Source: a bacterium
GTDB taxonomy: Bacteria > Krumholzibacteriota > Krumholzibacteriia > LZORAL124-64-63
Length of the DNA: 64,000 bases
NCBI GenBank assembly: GCA_031441465.1
Contig: JANOEP010000013.1
Location: forward strand, 1 to 64,000
Direction of reading: 5' to 3'
The translations under genes were made by a program, and so were the position numbers. Positions 9,866 through 19,454 of the stretch are shown here, one piece after another. Positions within the stretch are counted from its first letter, which is position 1. Every line of letters starts with the position of its first letter. Under the pieces are notes generated by a model that was not told the origin of the DNA, ran no database searches, and was given only the letters and a program-made list of their open reading frames with translations.

Positions 9866-11500
9866 TCAACGGCGCGTGATGCGCCCGTCGGTGGTCGCGT
9901 CGATGACGCCGGCCTTGCGCACGGCGTCGGCGATCGCCTCGGTGATGGTCCGGCCGGCGTAGGTCGAGACCGGCGGGTCCATGTCCATGTAGATGCGGGC
10001 CTTCTGCACCACGAAGTCGGGGCACGCGACCGTATAGACGCGCGCGGGGTCCAGGGGTTGCCCGCCCACGGTCAGTTCGAGAATTTCCGGCGTGGAATCG
10101 GTCCAGGCGTAGGCGTAGCGCAGGCCCGACACCTGCAGGATGCCCTCGCCGCCGGTCTCGGCCGTGCGGGCGTTCGCCAGCACGATCCCGCGCAGGCCCG
10201 CGCCGTCGATGCGAAACGTCTCGAGCGTGTTGTTGAACGGCATCAGCGAGTGGACGTCCAGCAGGGTCACCGGACCGGCCAGGAAATCGCGGCGCAGGGT
10301 GCCGGAGTTCAGCAGCGCGACGTCGGCGCCGGCCGCCTCCCGCAACCGGTCGCAGATCCAGCTGCCGACGTTGCTCTCGCCGCGACCATTGCGGCGCCAG
10401 TCGACGCCCAGCCGGCCGATGACCTGGCCGAACACGGCGTCCACGCGGGCGGCGTAGGACTCGGCCAGCGCTTCGAGCGCGGGGGCGGCGCGGCGCCCCT
10501 CGGCCAGCACCTCGACCAGGCGGCCGTCGTAGGCGACGACACGGTCGTCCGCCACGCGCAGGTCCAGCCGGCCCAGGTTCTTGGCGTGGCTGCCCGCCTG
10601 CACGACGAGGATGCCGCCGACCAGGCGCGGTTCGCGCGTGCGGCTGTGCGAGTGGCCGCCGACGATCACGTCCAACCCCGAGCCGGCCAGATCACGGGCC
10701 AGTTCCTGGTCGACGTCGAGCCCGTCGTGGGAGATCAGCACCAGCAGGTCGGTGCGCGGGTCCAGTTCGGCGATCCAGCGCCGGATCACCGTGCGCTGGT
10801 CCTCCAGCCGCAGGCCCGCCACGCGCACGTCGGCGGTCACGTCGAACAGCTCGGAGCAGGTCACGCCGATCACGCCGACGCGCAGGCCGCCGCGCTCCAG
10901 GATCACCGGCTCGTCCGCGAACTCCAGCTCGCCGCGCTCGTCGCGCAGGTCCAGGGCCAGGATCGGCCAGGCGGCGCGCGCGGCCAGACGGTGCGCGTTC
11001 TCGCGGCCCAGATCGAAGTCGTGATTGCCGATCACCCCGGCATCGATGCCCAGCTGGTTGAGCATGTCGATCCAACCGCCGCCCAGCACGCCGTCGACCT
11101 CGATCTCGCCGACGGGGTTGCCGGTCATGAAGTCGCCCGCGTCCAGCAGCAGCGACGCCGTCGCGCTGCGCCGTTGCTCCTCCAGGTGGGAGGCCAGGGC
11201 CACGATCCCGCCCGCCGGTGCGTGATCGTCGCGCCAGGTGGCCGGCTCGGGCGTGAAGGCGGTGTGGGTGTCGTTGATGTGGAAGATGGTCAGGTTCCAG
11301 GGGCCTTCCCCGCGGACCGGCAGCGGCGCGGGTGCAGAGACGGGCACGGGCGCCGTCGCGGCGGCGGCGACCGGCACCGGGGACCGCGACCCGCCGGCGC
11401 AGCCCCCCAGCGCCGCGACGAAGAAAAGTCCGACCAGGACGGCGGACGTGCGGACGGCGGGACGCACTGGATGAGCGGGAAGAGCGGGATGAAGGCGCAT
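9866..11500 (-). CDS. Metallophosphatase / 5'-nucleotidase family lipoprotein
   Basis: HINDTH, DAGD, GNHDFD, GGHSH motifs plus C-terminal nucleotidase domain; LGGC lipobox. Confidence 0.9.
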   Translation of the reverse strand: MRLHPALPAHPVRPAVRTSAVLVGLFFVAALGGCAGGSRSPVPVAAAATAPVPVSAPAPLPVRGEGPWNLTIFHINDTHTAFTPEPATWRDDHAPAGGIVALASHLEEQRRSATASLLLDAGDFMTGNPVGEIEVDGVLGGGWIDMLNQLGIDAGVIGNHDFDLGRENAHRLAARAAWPILALDLRDERGELEFADEPVILERGGLRVGVIGVTCSELFDVTADVRVAGLRLEDQRTVIRRWIAELDPRTDLLVLISHDGLDVDQELARDLAGSGLDVIVGGHSHSRTREPRLVGGILVVQAGSHAKNLGRLDLRVADDRVVAYDGRLVEVLAEGRRAAPALEALAESYAARVDAVFGQVIGRLGVDWRRNGRGESNVGSWICDRLREAAGADVALLNSGTLRRDFLAGPVTLLDVHSLMPFNNTLETFRIDGAGLRGIVLANARTAETGGEGILQVSGLRYAYAWTDSTPEILELTVGGQPLDPARVYTVACPDFVVQKARIYMDMDPPVSTYAGRTITEAIADAVRKAGVIDATTDGRITRR

Positions 11501-11581
11501 GGTCGCTCCGGGGTCGGGGTTTGCGAGTCCGGTCGCGGCAGGGTAGGCCGAACGCACGGCTGTGGCAACCACCGGCTCGGT

Positions 11582-12151
11582 TCAGCCCTGCTCCGCGGGA
11601 TCCCGGGGCGCCAGGTGGACCAGGAACTCGCGATTGCCGCCCTTGCCGCCGGGCACGGGCGAGATCACGGGGCCGGCCACGACCCGGGCCAGCCCGCGCA
11701 GGAGCGCCAGCACCCCATCCAGCACGCGCTCGGCTTCGTCCAGGGGAAGTCGCCCGCCCACCGAGGACGACGGCGGGGCCTCGTAATGCGGCTTGATCAG
11801 GCTGACGACGCTCCCGCCGGGCGCGAGCAGGCCTAGGGCGCACGGGATGATCCGTTCCTGGCGCGTCCAGCCGGCGTCGACGACCACGAGCCCGACGGGC
11901 TCGGGCAGCACGACGCGCAGGGCGTTGGTCCGCTCGTGGACCGCCACGCGCGGGTCGCTGCGCAGGCGCCAATCCAGCACTCCGTAGGCCGTGTCCACGG
12001 CGTGGACGCGCAGGGCGCCGCGCTGCAGCAGCACGTCGGTGAAGCCGCCGGTGCTGCAGCCCAGGTCGGCGCAGACCAGGCCGGCGGGATCGATCCCGAA
12101 GGCGTCCAGGGCACAAACCAGCTTGTCGCCGCCGCGAGAGACGTAAGGCAC
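11582..12151 (-). CDS. TlyA/FtsJ-like rRNA methyltransferase without S4 domain
   Basis: The last 189 aa of the long ORF: YVSRGGDKL, DLGCSTGGFTD, LIKPHYE, GGNREFL; GTG at 12151. Confidence 0.85.
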   Translation of the reverse strand: MPYVSRGGDKLVCALDAFGIDPAGLVCADLGCSTGGFTDVLLQRGALRVHAVDTAYGVLDWRLRSDPRVAVHERTNALRVVLPEPVGLVVVDAGWTRQERIIPCALGLLAPGGSVVSLIKPHYEAPPSSSVGGRLPLDEAERVLDGVLALLRGLARVVAGPVISPVPGGKGGNREFLVHLAPRDPAEQG

Positions 12152-12292
12152 GCGCGATTCCTGCCGATGGAGTGGGGGCCGGACGGGGGCTCGCCCGCCC
12201 GTCCGTGCCCGAGGTTGCCCGACGGCACATGATAGAGCATGATGACGGGCGACGGAACCGAGACCGTACGCAGAATGCGGACAGGATCTTCC

Positions 12293-13609
12293 ATGCGCCG
12301 ACCCTGGAACCACATCGCCGTGCTGTTGCTGCTCGAGGCGGTCGTGTTCGCCGTGTTCCGCCACGTCCTGGAAACACCCCTGTGGAACCCCGTCGACTTC
12401 GAGATCCTCCACGACGCCCATGTCCTGCAGGGCAACCTGGGCGGCTACTTCAGCCACCTCGGCACGTTCTTCAGCCAGCCCCTGCTGCAGGTGGTGTTCC
12501 TGCTGGAGTCCGGCGTCTTCGGGCACGACCCCACGGGGTACCTGGCCGTCAACCTCGCCGTGCACGGCATGAACGCCTTCGTGGTCTACCTGCTGGTCAA
12601 CATGCTGTTCCCGCACGAGCGGATGGCCCTGACCGCGTCGCTGCTGTTCGCCCTCGCGGTCGGCCATTACGGCAAGGGCCTGCTGAGCCTGGCCGGCCTG
12701 GAGTCGCTGCTGATCGCGCTGTTCTATCTGGTCGTCCTCTACTGCATGATCCGCAACGATTTCCGGCACGGGGGGCGGCTGCGGACCCCCTGGTTCCTTG
12801 TCGGCCTCGCGGTGTTTGTCCTGGCGGGCCTGACGCGCCCGGCCTCGTTCTCGCTCCTGGGCAGCCTGCTGGCCTACAAGCTCCTGTTCTACAGGGAGCG
12901 CGGCGGCCGGTCGGTCTTCTCGCCGCCGTTGCTGATCCTGCTCGTGGTGGGGGTGTCCTTCTACGTCGCGAAGGTGCTGTGGGGCTACGACCAACCGCCG
13001 ATGCGCTTCGGCGGCGTGCCGGGCGCCACGGAGTTCACCTGGGAATCGTTCAAGACGATCTTCCGTTACCTCAACCTGCTGGTGTTCCCGCTCCAGGTCA
13101 GCGACCTCGTCACGTCCTCGCACCCGATCGTGCACTTCCTCTACGACTGGCGCGTGATCGTGCGGACCCTGCTCTCGCTCGGACTGGTGAGCTTCAGCTT
13201 CTTCGGGTTCCTGTTCGGCAGCCGGGCGCTGCGCTTCTTCATCGCCTGGACCTACATCACGGTGATCCCGGCCTCGCTCATCGCCGGCGGCAGCGAATGG
13301 CTGAACGTGCGCGCCCTCTACCTGGCGGCGGTGGGCTTCTGCGTGATCCTGGCCGCCGGCACCCTGGGGTGCGTGCGCCTGCTCGGCGCCCACCGCCACC
13401 GCCGGTGGTTGCCGTTCATCATCCCGCTGTGCTTCGCCGTCGTCGCCCTGGCCGTCAACACCCGCCTGGCCGCCCGCAATACGACCCGGGCGGCGCAGCC
13501 CGACATCCGCGAATTGCATCGCCTCCTGGACTCCCAGACGTCCGGCGGCGGCGGGAACGCCGTTCGCGACCCCGCCCTCCCCTACGCAACGGACTCGAAT
13601 CGGCGCTGA
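12293..13609 (+). CDS. Polytopic membrane protein, possible GT-C fold glycosyltransferase
   Basis: About 11 hydrophobic segments; FGHDPTGYLAVNLAVH resembles GT-C/ArnT-like proteins. Start uncertain (12239-12293). Confidence 0.6.
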   Translation: MRRPWNHIAVLLLLEAVVFAVFRHVLETPLWNPVDFEILHDAHVLQGNLGGYFSHLGTFFSQPLLQVVFLLESGVFGHDPTGYLAVNLAVHGMNAFVVYLLVNMLFPHERMALTASLLFALAVGHYGKGLLSLAGLESLLIALFYLVVLYCMIRNDFRHGGRLRTPWFLVGLAVFVLAGLTRPASFSLLGSLLAYKLLFYRERGGRSVFSPPLLILLVVGVSFYVAKVLWGYDQPPMRFGGVPGATEFTWESFKTIFRYLNLLVFPLQVSDLVTSSHPIVHFLYDWRVIVRTLLSLGLVSFSFFGFLFGSRALRFFIAWTYITVIPASLIAGGSEWLNVRALYLAAVGFCVILAAGTLGCVRLLGAHRHRRWLPFIIPLCFAVVALAVNTRLAARNTTRAAQPDIRELHRLLDSQTSGGGGNAVRDPALPYATDSNRR

Positions 13610-13726
13610 TTCGGCCTTTCGCACCCGCCCCGCCCGTGTATCTTTGAGGTCAGCATAGAGTGCCGCGCGACGATCCCGGGTTCGGGTCCGCCGCGGTTGA
13701 GCGACCCCTGCCAGGAGGATCGTGCG

Positions 13727-14854
13727 ATGGCCAAGTACCGCATCGGCTGGATGCCCGGCGACGGCGTGGGCGTGGACGTGATGGACGCGACCAGGACCGT
13801 GCTGGACGCGATGGGCTTCGACGCCGAATACATCCACGGCGACATCGGCTGGGAGATCTGGCGGACCGAGGCCAACCCGCTGCCCGACCGCACCCTCGCC
13901 ATGCTGCGCGGCGTGGACGCCGCCCTGTTCGGCGCCATCACCAGCAAGCCGAAGGAAGAAGCCGAGCAGGAATTGATCCCCGAGCTGAAGGGCAAGGGGC
14001 ACATCTACCGCAGCCCCATCGTCGGCCTGCGCCAGAAGTTCAACCTGCGGACCAACCTGCGCCCCTGCAAGGCCTACGCGGGCAACCCGCTGAACTTCCG
14101 CGAGGACCTCGACCTGGTGGTCTTCCGGCAGAACACCGAAGACTTGTACATGGGCGTCGAGTGGCACCCCCTGCCGCAAGAGGTCCGCGACGTCATGAAG
14201 AAGACCCACCCCGCGCAGATGGGGCGCATGGATGCGACCGCCAACGAGGACATCGCGGTGAGCTGCCGCATCTTCACGCGTCTGGGCTGCCAGCAGATCG
14301 TGCGCGACGCCTTCGAGTACGCCAAGAAGTTCGGCTACAAGTCCGTCACGGTCGTCGAGAAGCCGAACGTGGTGCGCGAGACCTCGGGCCTGATGGTCCG
14401 CGAGGCCCGTCTGGTCGCCAAGGACTACCCCGGCATCGCGCTGTGGGAGACCAACATCGACGCGATGTGCATGTGGCTGATCAAGAACCCGCAGGACTAC
14501 GGGGTCCTGGTCTCCAGCAACATGTTCGGCGACATCATCAGCGACCTGTGCGCCCAGCTGGTGGGCGGCCTGGGCTTCGCCTGCTCGGCCAACATCGGCG
14601 ACGAGGTCGCGATCTTCGAGCCCAGCCACGGCTCGGCCCCGAAGTACGTCGGGTTGAACAAGGTCAACCCGATTGCCATGATCCTGTCGGCCAAGATGAT
14701 GCTCGACCACCTGGGCGAGAAGGACCTGGCGGCGCGGCTGGAGCGGGCCGTCTCCGAGGTCATCGCCGAGGGCCAGGTCCGCACCTACGACATGGGCGGC
14801 AGCTCGACCACGACCGACATGGCCGCGGCGATCGCCGCCAGGGCGGCCCGCTAG
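13727..14854 (+). CDS. Isocitrate/isopropylmalate dehydrogenase family protein
   Basis: PGDGVG, NLRP, RQNTEDLY, NMFGDIISD, FEPSHGSAP, NPIAMILS; AGGAGG RBS. Confidence 0.93.
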   Translation: MAKYRIGWMPGDGVGVDVMDATRTVLDAMGFDAEYIHGDIGWEIWRTEANPLPDRTLAMLRGVDAALFGAITSKPKEEAEQELIPELKGKGHIYRSPIVGLRQKFNLRTNLRPCKAYAGNPLNFREDLDLVVFRQNTEDLYMGVEWHPLPQEVRDVMKKTHPAQMGRMDATANEDIAVSCRIFTRLGCQQIVRDAFEYAKKFGYKSVTVVEKPNVVRETSGLMVREARLVAKDYPGIALWETNIDAMCMWLIKNPQDYGVLVSSNMFGDIISDLCAQLVGGLGFACSANIGDEVAIFEPSHGSAPKYVGLNKVNPIAMILSAKMMLDHLGEKDLAARLERAVSEVIAEGQVRTYDMGGSSTTTDMAAAIAARAAR

Positions 14855-14884
14855 GCGATCCGCCCGACACCCGCCCGCGCGAGC

Positions 14885-14926
14885 GCCGGCCGCGGTTCCC
14901 GGAACGGGACCGCGGCCGGCCTTTTC
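14885..14926 (+). terminator. GC-rich hairpin with T-tract (copy 1 of a REP-like palindrome)
   Basis: GCCGGCCGCGGTTCCC-GGAAC-GGGACCGCGGCCGGC followed by CTTTT, between convergent genes. Confidence 0.65.
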
Positions 14927-15701
14927 AGGTCTGCTCGCCGCCGGCTCCGGCCGCCAGCGAGACGCGCAGCAGGTGCCGCTTGGCGACGCGGGCGTTGCGG
15001 CCCAACGAGTGCAGGTAGTCGCGGGCGCGGTCCCGCTCGGAGCCGAGGCCTTGGGCCGCACGGTCGCAGAGGCAGGGCACGAAGGAGAACTCGAGGGTGG
15101 CCGCGGCGCGGGCGATCTCGGACTTCTCGGCCAGCAGCAGCGGGCGGATCAGCGCCACGCGCCCGTCGAAGAAGTCGCGGCGCGGCGGCAGACCCTCCAG
15201 GCCTCCCTTGAACAGCAGGTTCATCAGGACCGTCTCGGCGGCGTCGTCCAGGTGGTGGGCCAGGACCAGCTTGCCGTAACCGTGCTGCGCGGCGTGGCCG
15301 AAAAGCAGCCGCCGGCGCTCGTGCGCGCACCGGAAACAGGGATGGGCCGGCCGCGCGCCGGCGGGCGGGCCCGGGTCCGGTTCCGCGGCCGCGAACGCCA
15401 GTGGAACGGCCAGGCCGTCGCAGAGATCCTCCAGCAGGCGGCGGCGCTCCCCGCGACCCTGCGCCGCGGGGAACTCGACGTGCAGCGCCGCCAGCGCGAA
15501 GTCGAAAGGCGCGACGCGGCGCCAGCGGACGAGCAGGTGCAACAGGGTCACGCTGTCCATGCCTCCGGACAGGCCGAGCAGCACGCGGTCCCCATCGGCG
15601 AACAACGACCATCGCTTCTGGGCGGCGGCGAGGCGGCGGGCCAGGAAGTGCAGGCGGCGCTCGCAGTCGGCGGCCGGGTCGGCAGTCGGTTCGACATTCA
15701 T
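14925..15701 (-). CDS. ttcA: tRNA 2-thiocytidine biosynthesis TtcA family protein
   Basis: PP-loop LSGGMDS, CFRC, AHHLDD, IRPL, C-terminal CLC. Confidence 0.8.
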   Translation of the reverse strand: MNVEPTADPAADCERRLHFLARRLAAAQKRWSLFADGDRVLLGLSGGMDSVTLLHLLVRWRRVAPFDFALAALHVEFPAAQGRGERRRLLEDLCDGLAVPLAFAAAEPDPGPPAGARPAHPCFRCAHERRRLLFGHAAQHGYGKLVLAHHLDDAAETVLMNLLFKGGLEGLPPRRDFFDGRVALIRPLLLAEKSEIARAAATLEFSFVPCLCDRAAQGLGSERDRARDYLHSLGRNARVAKRHLLRVSLAAGAGGEQT

Positions 15702-15805
15702 TCCGGATCCTCCCGCTCCCCATCCTGGACCCGCGCGCCCATCGGCGCAAGATTGCGCGCACGGCGCGCCGCGGATCTGCTATGGTTCCGGCGACACGTG
15801 TCATC

Positions 15806-15842
15806 GCCGGCCGCGGTTCCCAAGGACGGGGACCGCGGCCGG
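15806..15842. repeat. REP-like palindrome, copy 2
   Basis: GCCGGCCGCGGTTCCC-AAGGAC-GGGGACCGCGGCCGG; arms match the 14885 copy, loop differs. Confidence 0.7.
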
Positions 15843-15947
15843 TTCGCTTATGGCGGAGCCCAGCCGCGCGCGATCCCCTGGACACGGGGCAACGCGTGGC
15901 CCATCGTTGCGTATGAGGGAGCCCACCACCCCGCCGGGAGGGCGACG

Positions 15948-16940
15948 ATGAACAACCGCGAAGAACGGGTCCGCGCTGCACGCAGCGCGATGACCCACGT
16001 GCTGGACTTGAAGCGCCACGACCGCGTCCTGATCGTCACCGATGAGATCACCCGCAGCGTGGGCGACGTGTTCGCCGAGACGGCCGAGGCCGAGGGCTGC
16101 GACACCGACACCTACCTCCTGCCCGAACAGGGCCGCCCCCTCGCCGCACTGCCGGCTGGCATGGTCGACCGTCTCGATGGCCGCACAGTGGTGATCAACG
16201 CGTTCTCGGCTTCGAACGCCGAGGTGCCCTTCCGCATCGCCTGGATCCGCGCCATCGAGGCGACGCGGCGGATCCGCCTGGGGCACGCTCCCGGCATCAC
16301 CGAGGCCATGCTCGACGACGGCCCCCTGGCCGTGGACTACGCGGCCATGCGCGCACGCGGCGACCGGCTGATCGAGAACCTGCGCGAAGCCGTCTCGGTC
16401 CACATCACGGCGCCCGGGGGCACCGACCTCGTGCTGGGCCTGCGCGGCCGGCCGTTCCAGTCCGACATCCGGGCGACCATCGAGATCGGCGTCAACCTGC
16501 CGTGCGGCGAGGTCTACTGCGCCCCGGTCGAGACCGAGGGCGAGGGCGTGCTGGTGGCCGACGGCCCGATCGGCGCCATCGGCAAACCCGCGGCGCCGGT
16601 CACCCTCGAACTGTCCGGGGGGCGCGTGACACGGGTGTCCTGCGCCGACGCCGCACTGCGGGCCGAGATCGAGAAGCTCTGCGCGGCCGACGCGACCGCG
16701 AACGTCGTCTGCGAGCTGGGCATCGGCCTGAACCCCGGCGCGCGTCTGGTCGGCTGCATGCTGGAGGACGAGAAGGCCCTGCGCACGGCGCACATCGCCT
16801 TCGGCAGCAACGAGGACATGCCCGGCGGCTGCAACAGTTCGAGCGTCCACATCGACTACCTGTTCCACACGCCGTCGATGGACGTCGCCTACGAGGACGG
16901 CTCGCACCGCCAGTTGATGCGCGACGGCCAGTTCACCTAG
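15948..16940 (+). CDS. M29-type (thermophilic) aminopeptidase
   Basis: NLPCGEVYCAP, ELGIGLNP, LEDEK, HIAFG, HID motifs; GGGAGG RBS before ATG 15948. Confidence 0.85.
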   Translation: MNNREERVRAARSAMTHVLDLKRHDRVLIVTDEITRSVGDVFAETAEAEGCDTDTYLLPEQGRPLAALPAGMVDRLDGRTVVINAFSASNAEVPFRIAWIRAIEATRRIRLGHAPGITEAMLDDGPLAVDYAAMRARGDRLIENLREAVSVHITAPGGTDLVLGLRGRPFQSDIRATIEIGVNLPCGEVYCAPVETEGEGVLVADGPIGAIGKPAAPVTLELSGGRVTRVSCADAALRAEIEKLCAADATANVVCELGIGLNPGARLVGCMLEDEKALRTAHIAFGSNEDMPGGCNSSSVHIDYLFHTPSMDVAYEDGSHRQLMRDGQFT

Positions 16941-16958
16941 GAAAGCGGGGCCGCGGCC

Positions 16959-19454
16959 ATGCAACCCATTGAACGGCTGGGCGCCTTCTACCTCGGCAAG
17001 GAGTACGACCCGGTCACTGGCGTGAAGGCCGACGCCCACCTGCAGTACGACGCCCGCGACCTGACGACCCACGCCGTCTGCGTGGGCATGACCGGCTCGG
17101 GCAAGACCGGGCTGTGCATCGCCCTGCTCGAGGAGGCGGCGCTGGACGGCGTGCCGGCGATCATCATCGATCCCAAGGGCGACCTCGCCAACCTCCTGCT
17201 CACGTTCCCCGAACTGAGGCCGGAGGACTTCCTGCCCTGGGTCAATCCCGACGACGCGCGGCGCAAGGGCCAGACCCCGCAGGAATGCGCCGCCGCCACG
17301 GCCACCGCCTGGCGCGAGGGACTCGCGGCCTGGGACCAGGACCCCGACCGCATCCGCCGGCTGCGGGCGAGCGCGGAGTTCCGCATCTACACGCCGGGTT
17401 CGGACGCGGGCACGCCGGTGTCCATCCTCGCCTCGCTGCACGCGCCGCCCGGCGGCTGGGAGGGGAACGAGGAGGCCCGGCGCGAGCAGATCGCGGGCAC
17501 CGTCGGCGCCCTGCTCGGTCTGGCCGGCGTCGACTCGGATCCCCTGCGCGGCCGCGAACACATCCTGCTGGCGACGATCTTCGAACAGGCCTGGCGCGAG
17601 GGCCGCGACCTGGACCTGGTGCAGCTGATCACGGCGGTGCAGAAGCCGCCGGTGGAGAAGCTCGGCGTCTTCGACGTGGATACCTTTTTCCCGCCGCAGG
17701 AGCGCTTCGCGCTGGCCATGGCCCTGAACGCGGTCATCGCGGCCCCCTCGTTCGCGTCCTGGCTGCAGGGCGAATCGCTGGACGTCGACACCCTGCTGAG
17801 GGCTCCGGACGGCCGGCCGCGGCACGCCATCTTCTCGATCGCTCACCTGCAGGACGCCGAGCGCATGTTCTTCACGACGCTCCTGCTGGAACAGGTCGTC
17901 GCCTGGATGCGCCGCCAGCCGGGCACCACCAGCCTGCGGGCCCTGCTCTACATGGACGAGGTCTTCGGCTACCTGCCGCCGACAGCCGCGCCGCCCAGCA
18001 AGAAGCCCCTGCTGACCCTGCTGAAGCAGGCCCGCGCCTGCGGCCTCGGCGTCGTGCTGACCACCCAGAACCCCGTGGACCTGGACTACAAGGCCCTCGG
18101 GAACGCCGGCACCTGGTTGCTGGGCAGACTGCAGACCGAGCGCGACAAGCTGCGCGTGCTCGACGGGCTCGAGGCCGCGGGCGGCGGCTTCGACCGCCGC
18201 ACCGCCGACGCGCTGCTGTCGGGTTTGGGCGACCGAGTCTTCCTGCTGCACAACACGCACGCCGACGGGCCGATCCTGATGCAGACGCGCTGGGCCATGA
18301 GCTACCTGCGCGGCCCCCTGACGCGCGACCAGATCCGCACCCTCACGCCGGCCGGGACCTTGGCCGCGACGCCGGTCGCGACACCGGCGCCCGCGGCTGC
18401 CGGCGCCGCCCCCTCGGCGCCGACCCTCGCCTCACCGCCCCACGCCTCGCCGCCCCCGTTGCCGCCCGCCGTGCCGCAGGCCTGGGCGCCGGCGACCCGC
18501 TCCCGCGAGGCGGCCCTGGCCTCGCTCGAGCAGGCGCGGGGCCGTTTGGACGTCGCCTCCTCGGTGCTGGTCTACGAGCCGCGGCTCGGCGCCTTCGGCC
18601 GCGTCGCCTTCATCGATCGCAAGCTGGGTGTGGACGCGGAGCAGTCCGTCGGCCGGTTGGTGTCGCCACAGAACGCCGGCGCGCTCATCCGTTGGCGCGA
18701 GGCCGAACCCACGACCCTCGATCCCGCCTCCTTGGCCGCCGGTCCCGAGTCCGGCGCCCTGTTCGCGCCGCTGCCCGCGGGTTGGAGTACCGCAGCGGTC
18801 TTCAAGGCGGCCGCGAAGGACTTCGCCGACCACCTCTACCAGGACCATGAGCTGACCCTGCCGCACTGCCCCGCCCTGGACCTGCACGGCTTGCCCGGCG
18901 AATCGGCCGCTGCGTTCGCCGGGCGCACCCAACTGGCGGCCCGCGAGCGCCGCGACGCCGACGTCGACAAGCTGCGCACGAAGGCCGAGACGGCCCTCGC
19001 GCGGCTGGTGACGAAGTTGGAACGGGAACAGCTGGAGCTGGCGCAGGACCGGGCCGACCACGCCTCGCGACAGCGCGAAGAACTGCTGTCGGCCGGCGAG
19101 ACGATCGCCGGCATGCTCGGCGTCTTCGGGGGACGCCGGCGCACCGGCCTGGCGGCGGCGGCGCGCAAACGCCACCTGACCGACAGCGCGCGGATGGACA
19201 TCTCGGAATCGGAGCAGATGATCGTCGGCCTCGAGCGGGAGATCGCCGAGCTGCGCGCGCAGCTCGAGCGTGACGCGGCCGGGATCGCCGCCCGCTGGGA
19301 CGCCGCCGCGCAGGAGGTCGCCACGATCGCGGTCAAGCCGCGCCGCACCGACGTGCGGGTGGATCTCGTCGCCCTGACCTGGGTGCCGGTCTGGGAATTC
19401 ACCGTGCGGGAAGGCGGGGAACGGACCTCGACGCTGCGCGCGCCCTCGAGCTAG
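16959..19454 (+). CDS. HerA/FtsK-like (DUF87) P-loop ATPase with C-terminal coiled coil
   Basis: Walker A GMTGSGKT, IIDPKGD, Walker B YMDEV, TQNPVDLDYK, Pro/Ala linker, heptad-rich tail. Confidence 0.85.
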   Translation: MQPIERLGAFYLGKEYDPVTGVKADAHLQYDARDLTTHAVCVGMTGSGKTGLCIALLEEAALDGVPAIIIDPKGDLANLLLTFPELRPEDFLPWVNPDDARRKGQTPQECAAATATAWREGLAAWDQDPDRIRRLRASAEFRIYTPGSDAGTPVSILASLHAPPGGWEGNEEARREQIAGTVGALLGLAGVDSDPLRGREHILLATIFEQAWREGRDLDLVQLITAVQKPPVEKLGVFDVDTFFPPQERFALAMALNAVIAAPSFASWLQGESLDVDTLLRAPDGRPRHAIFSIAHLQDAERMFFTTLLLEQVVAWMRRQPGTTSLRALLYMDEVFGYLPPTAAPPSKKPLLTLLKQARACGLGVVLTTQNPVDLDYKALGNAGTWLLGRLQTERDKLRVLDGLEAAGGGFDRRTADALLSGLGDRVFLLHNTHADGPILMQTRWAMSYLRGPLTRDQIRTLTPAGTLAATPVATPAPAAAGAAPSAPTLASPPHASPPPLPPAVPQAWAPATRSREAALASLEQARGRLDVASSVLVYEPRLGAFGRVAFIDRKLGVDAEQSVGRLVSPQNAGALIRWREAEPTTLDPASLAAGPESGALFAPLPAGWSTAAVFKAAAKDFADHLYQDHELTLPHCPALDLHGLPGESAAAFAGRTQLAARERRDADVDKLRTKAETALARLVTKLEREQLELAQDRADHASRQREELLSAGETIAGMLGVFGGRRRTGLAAAARKRHLTDSARMDISESEQMIVGLEREIAELRAQLERDAAGIAARWDAAAQEVATIAVKPRRTDVRVDLVALTWVPVWEFTVREGGERTSTLRAPSS

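Noticed and set aside
12152..15061. Long N-terminal extension on the TlyA-like ORF
   Set aside because: Overlaps two real plus-strand genes; only the last 189 codons look like protein.
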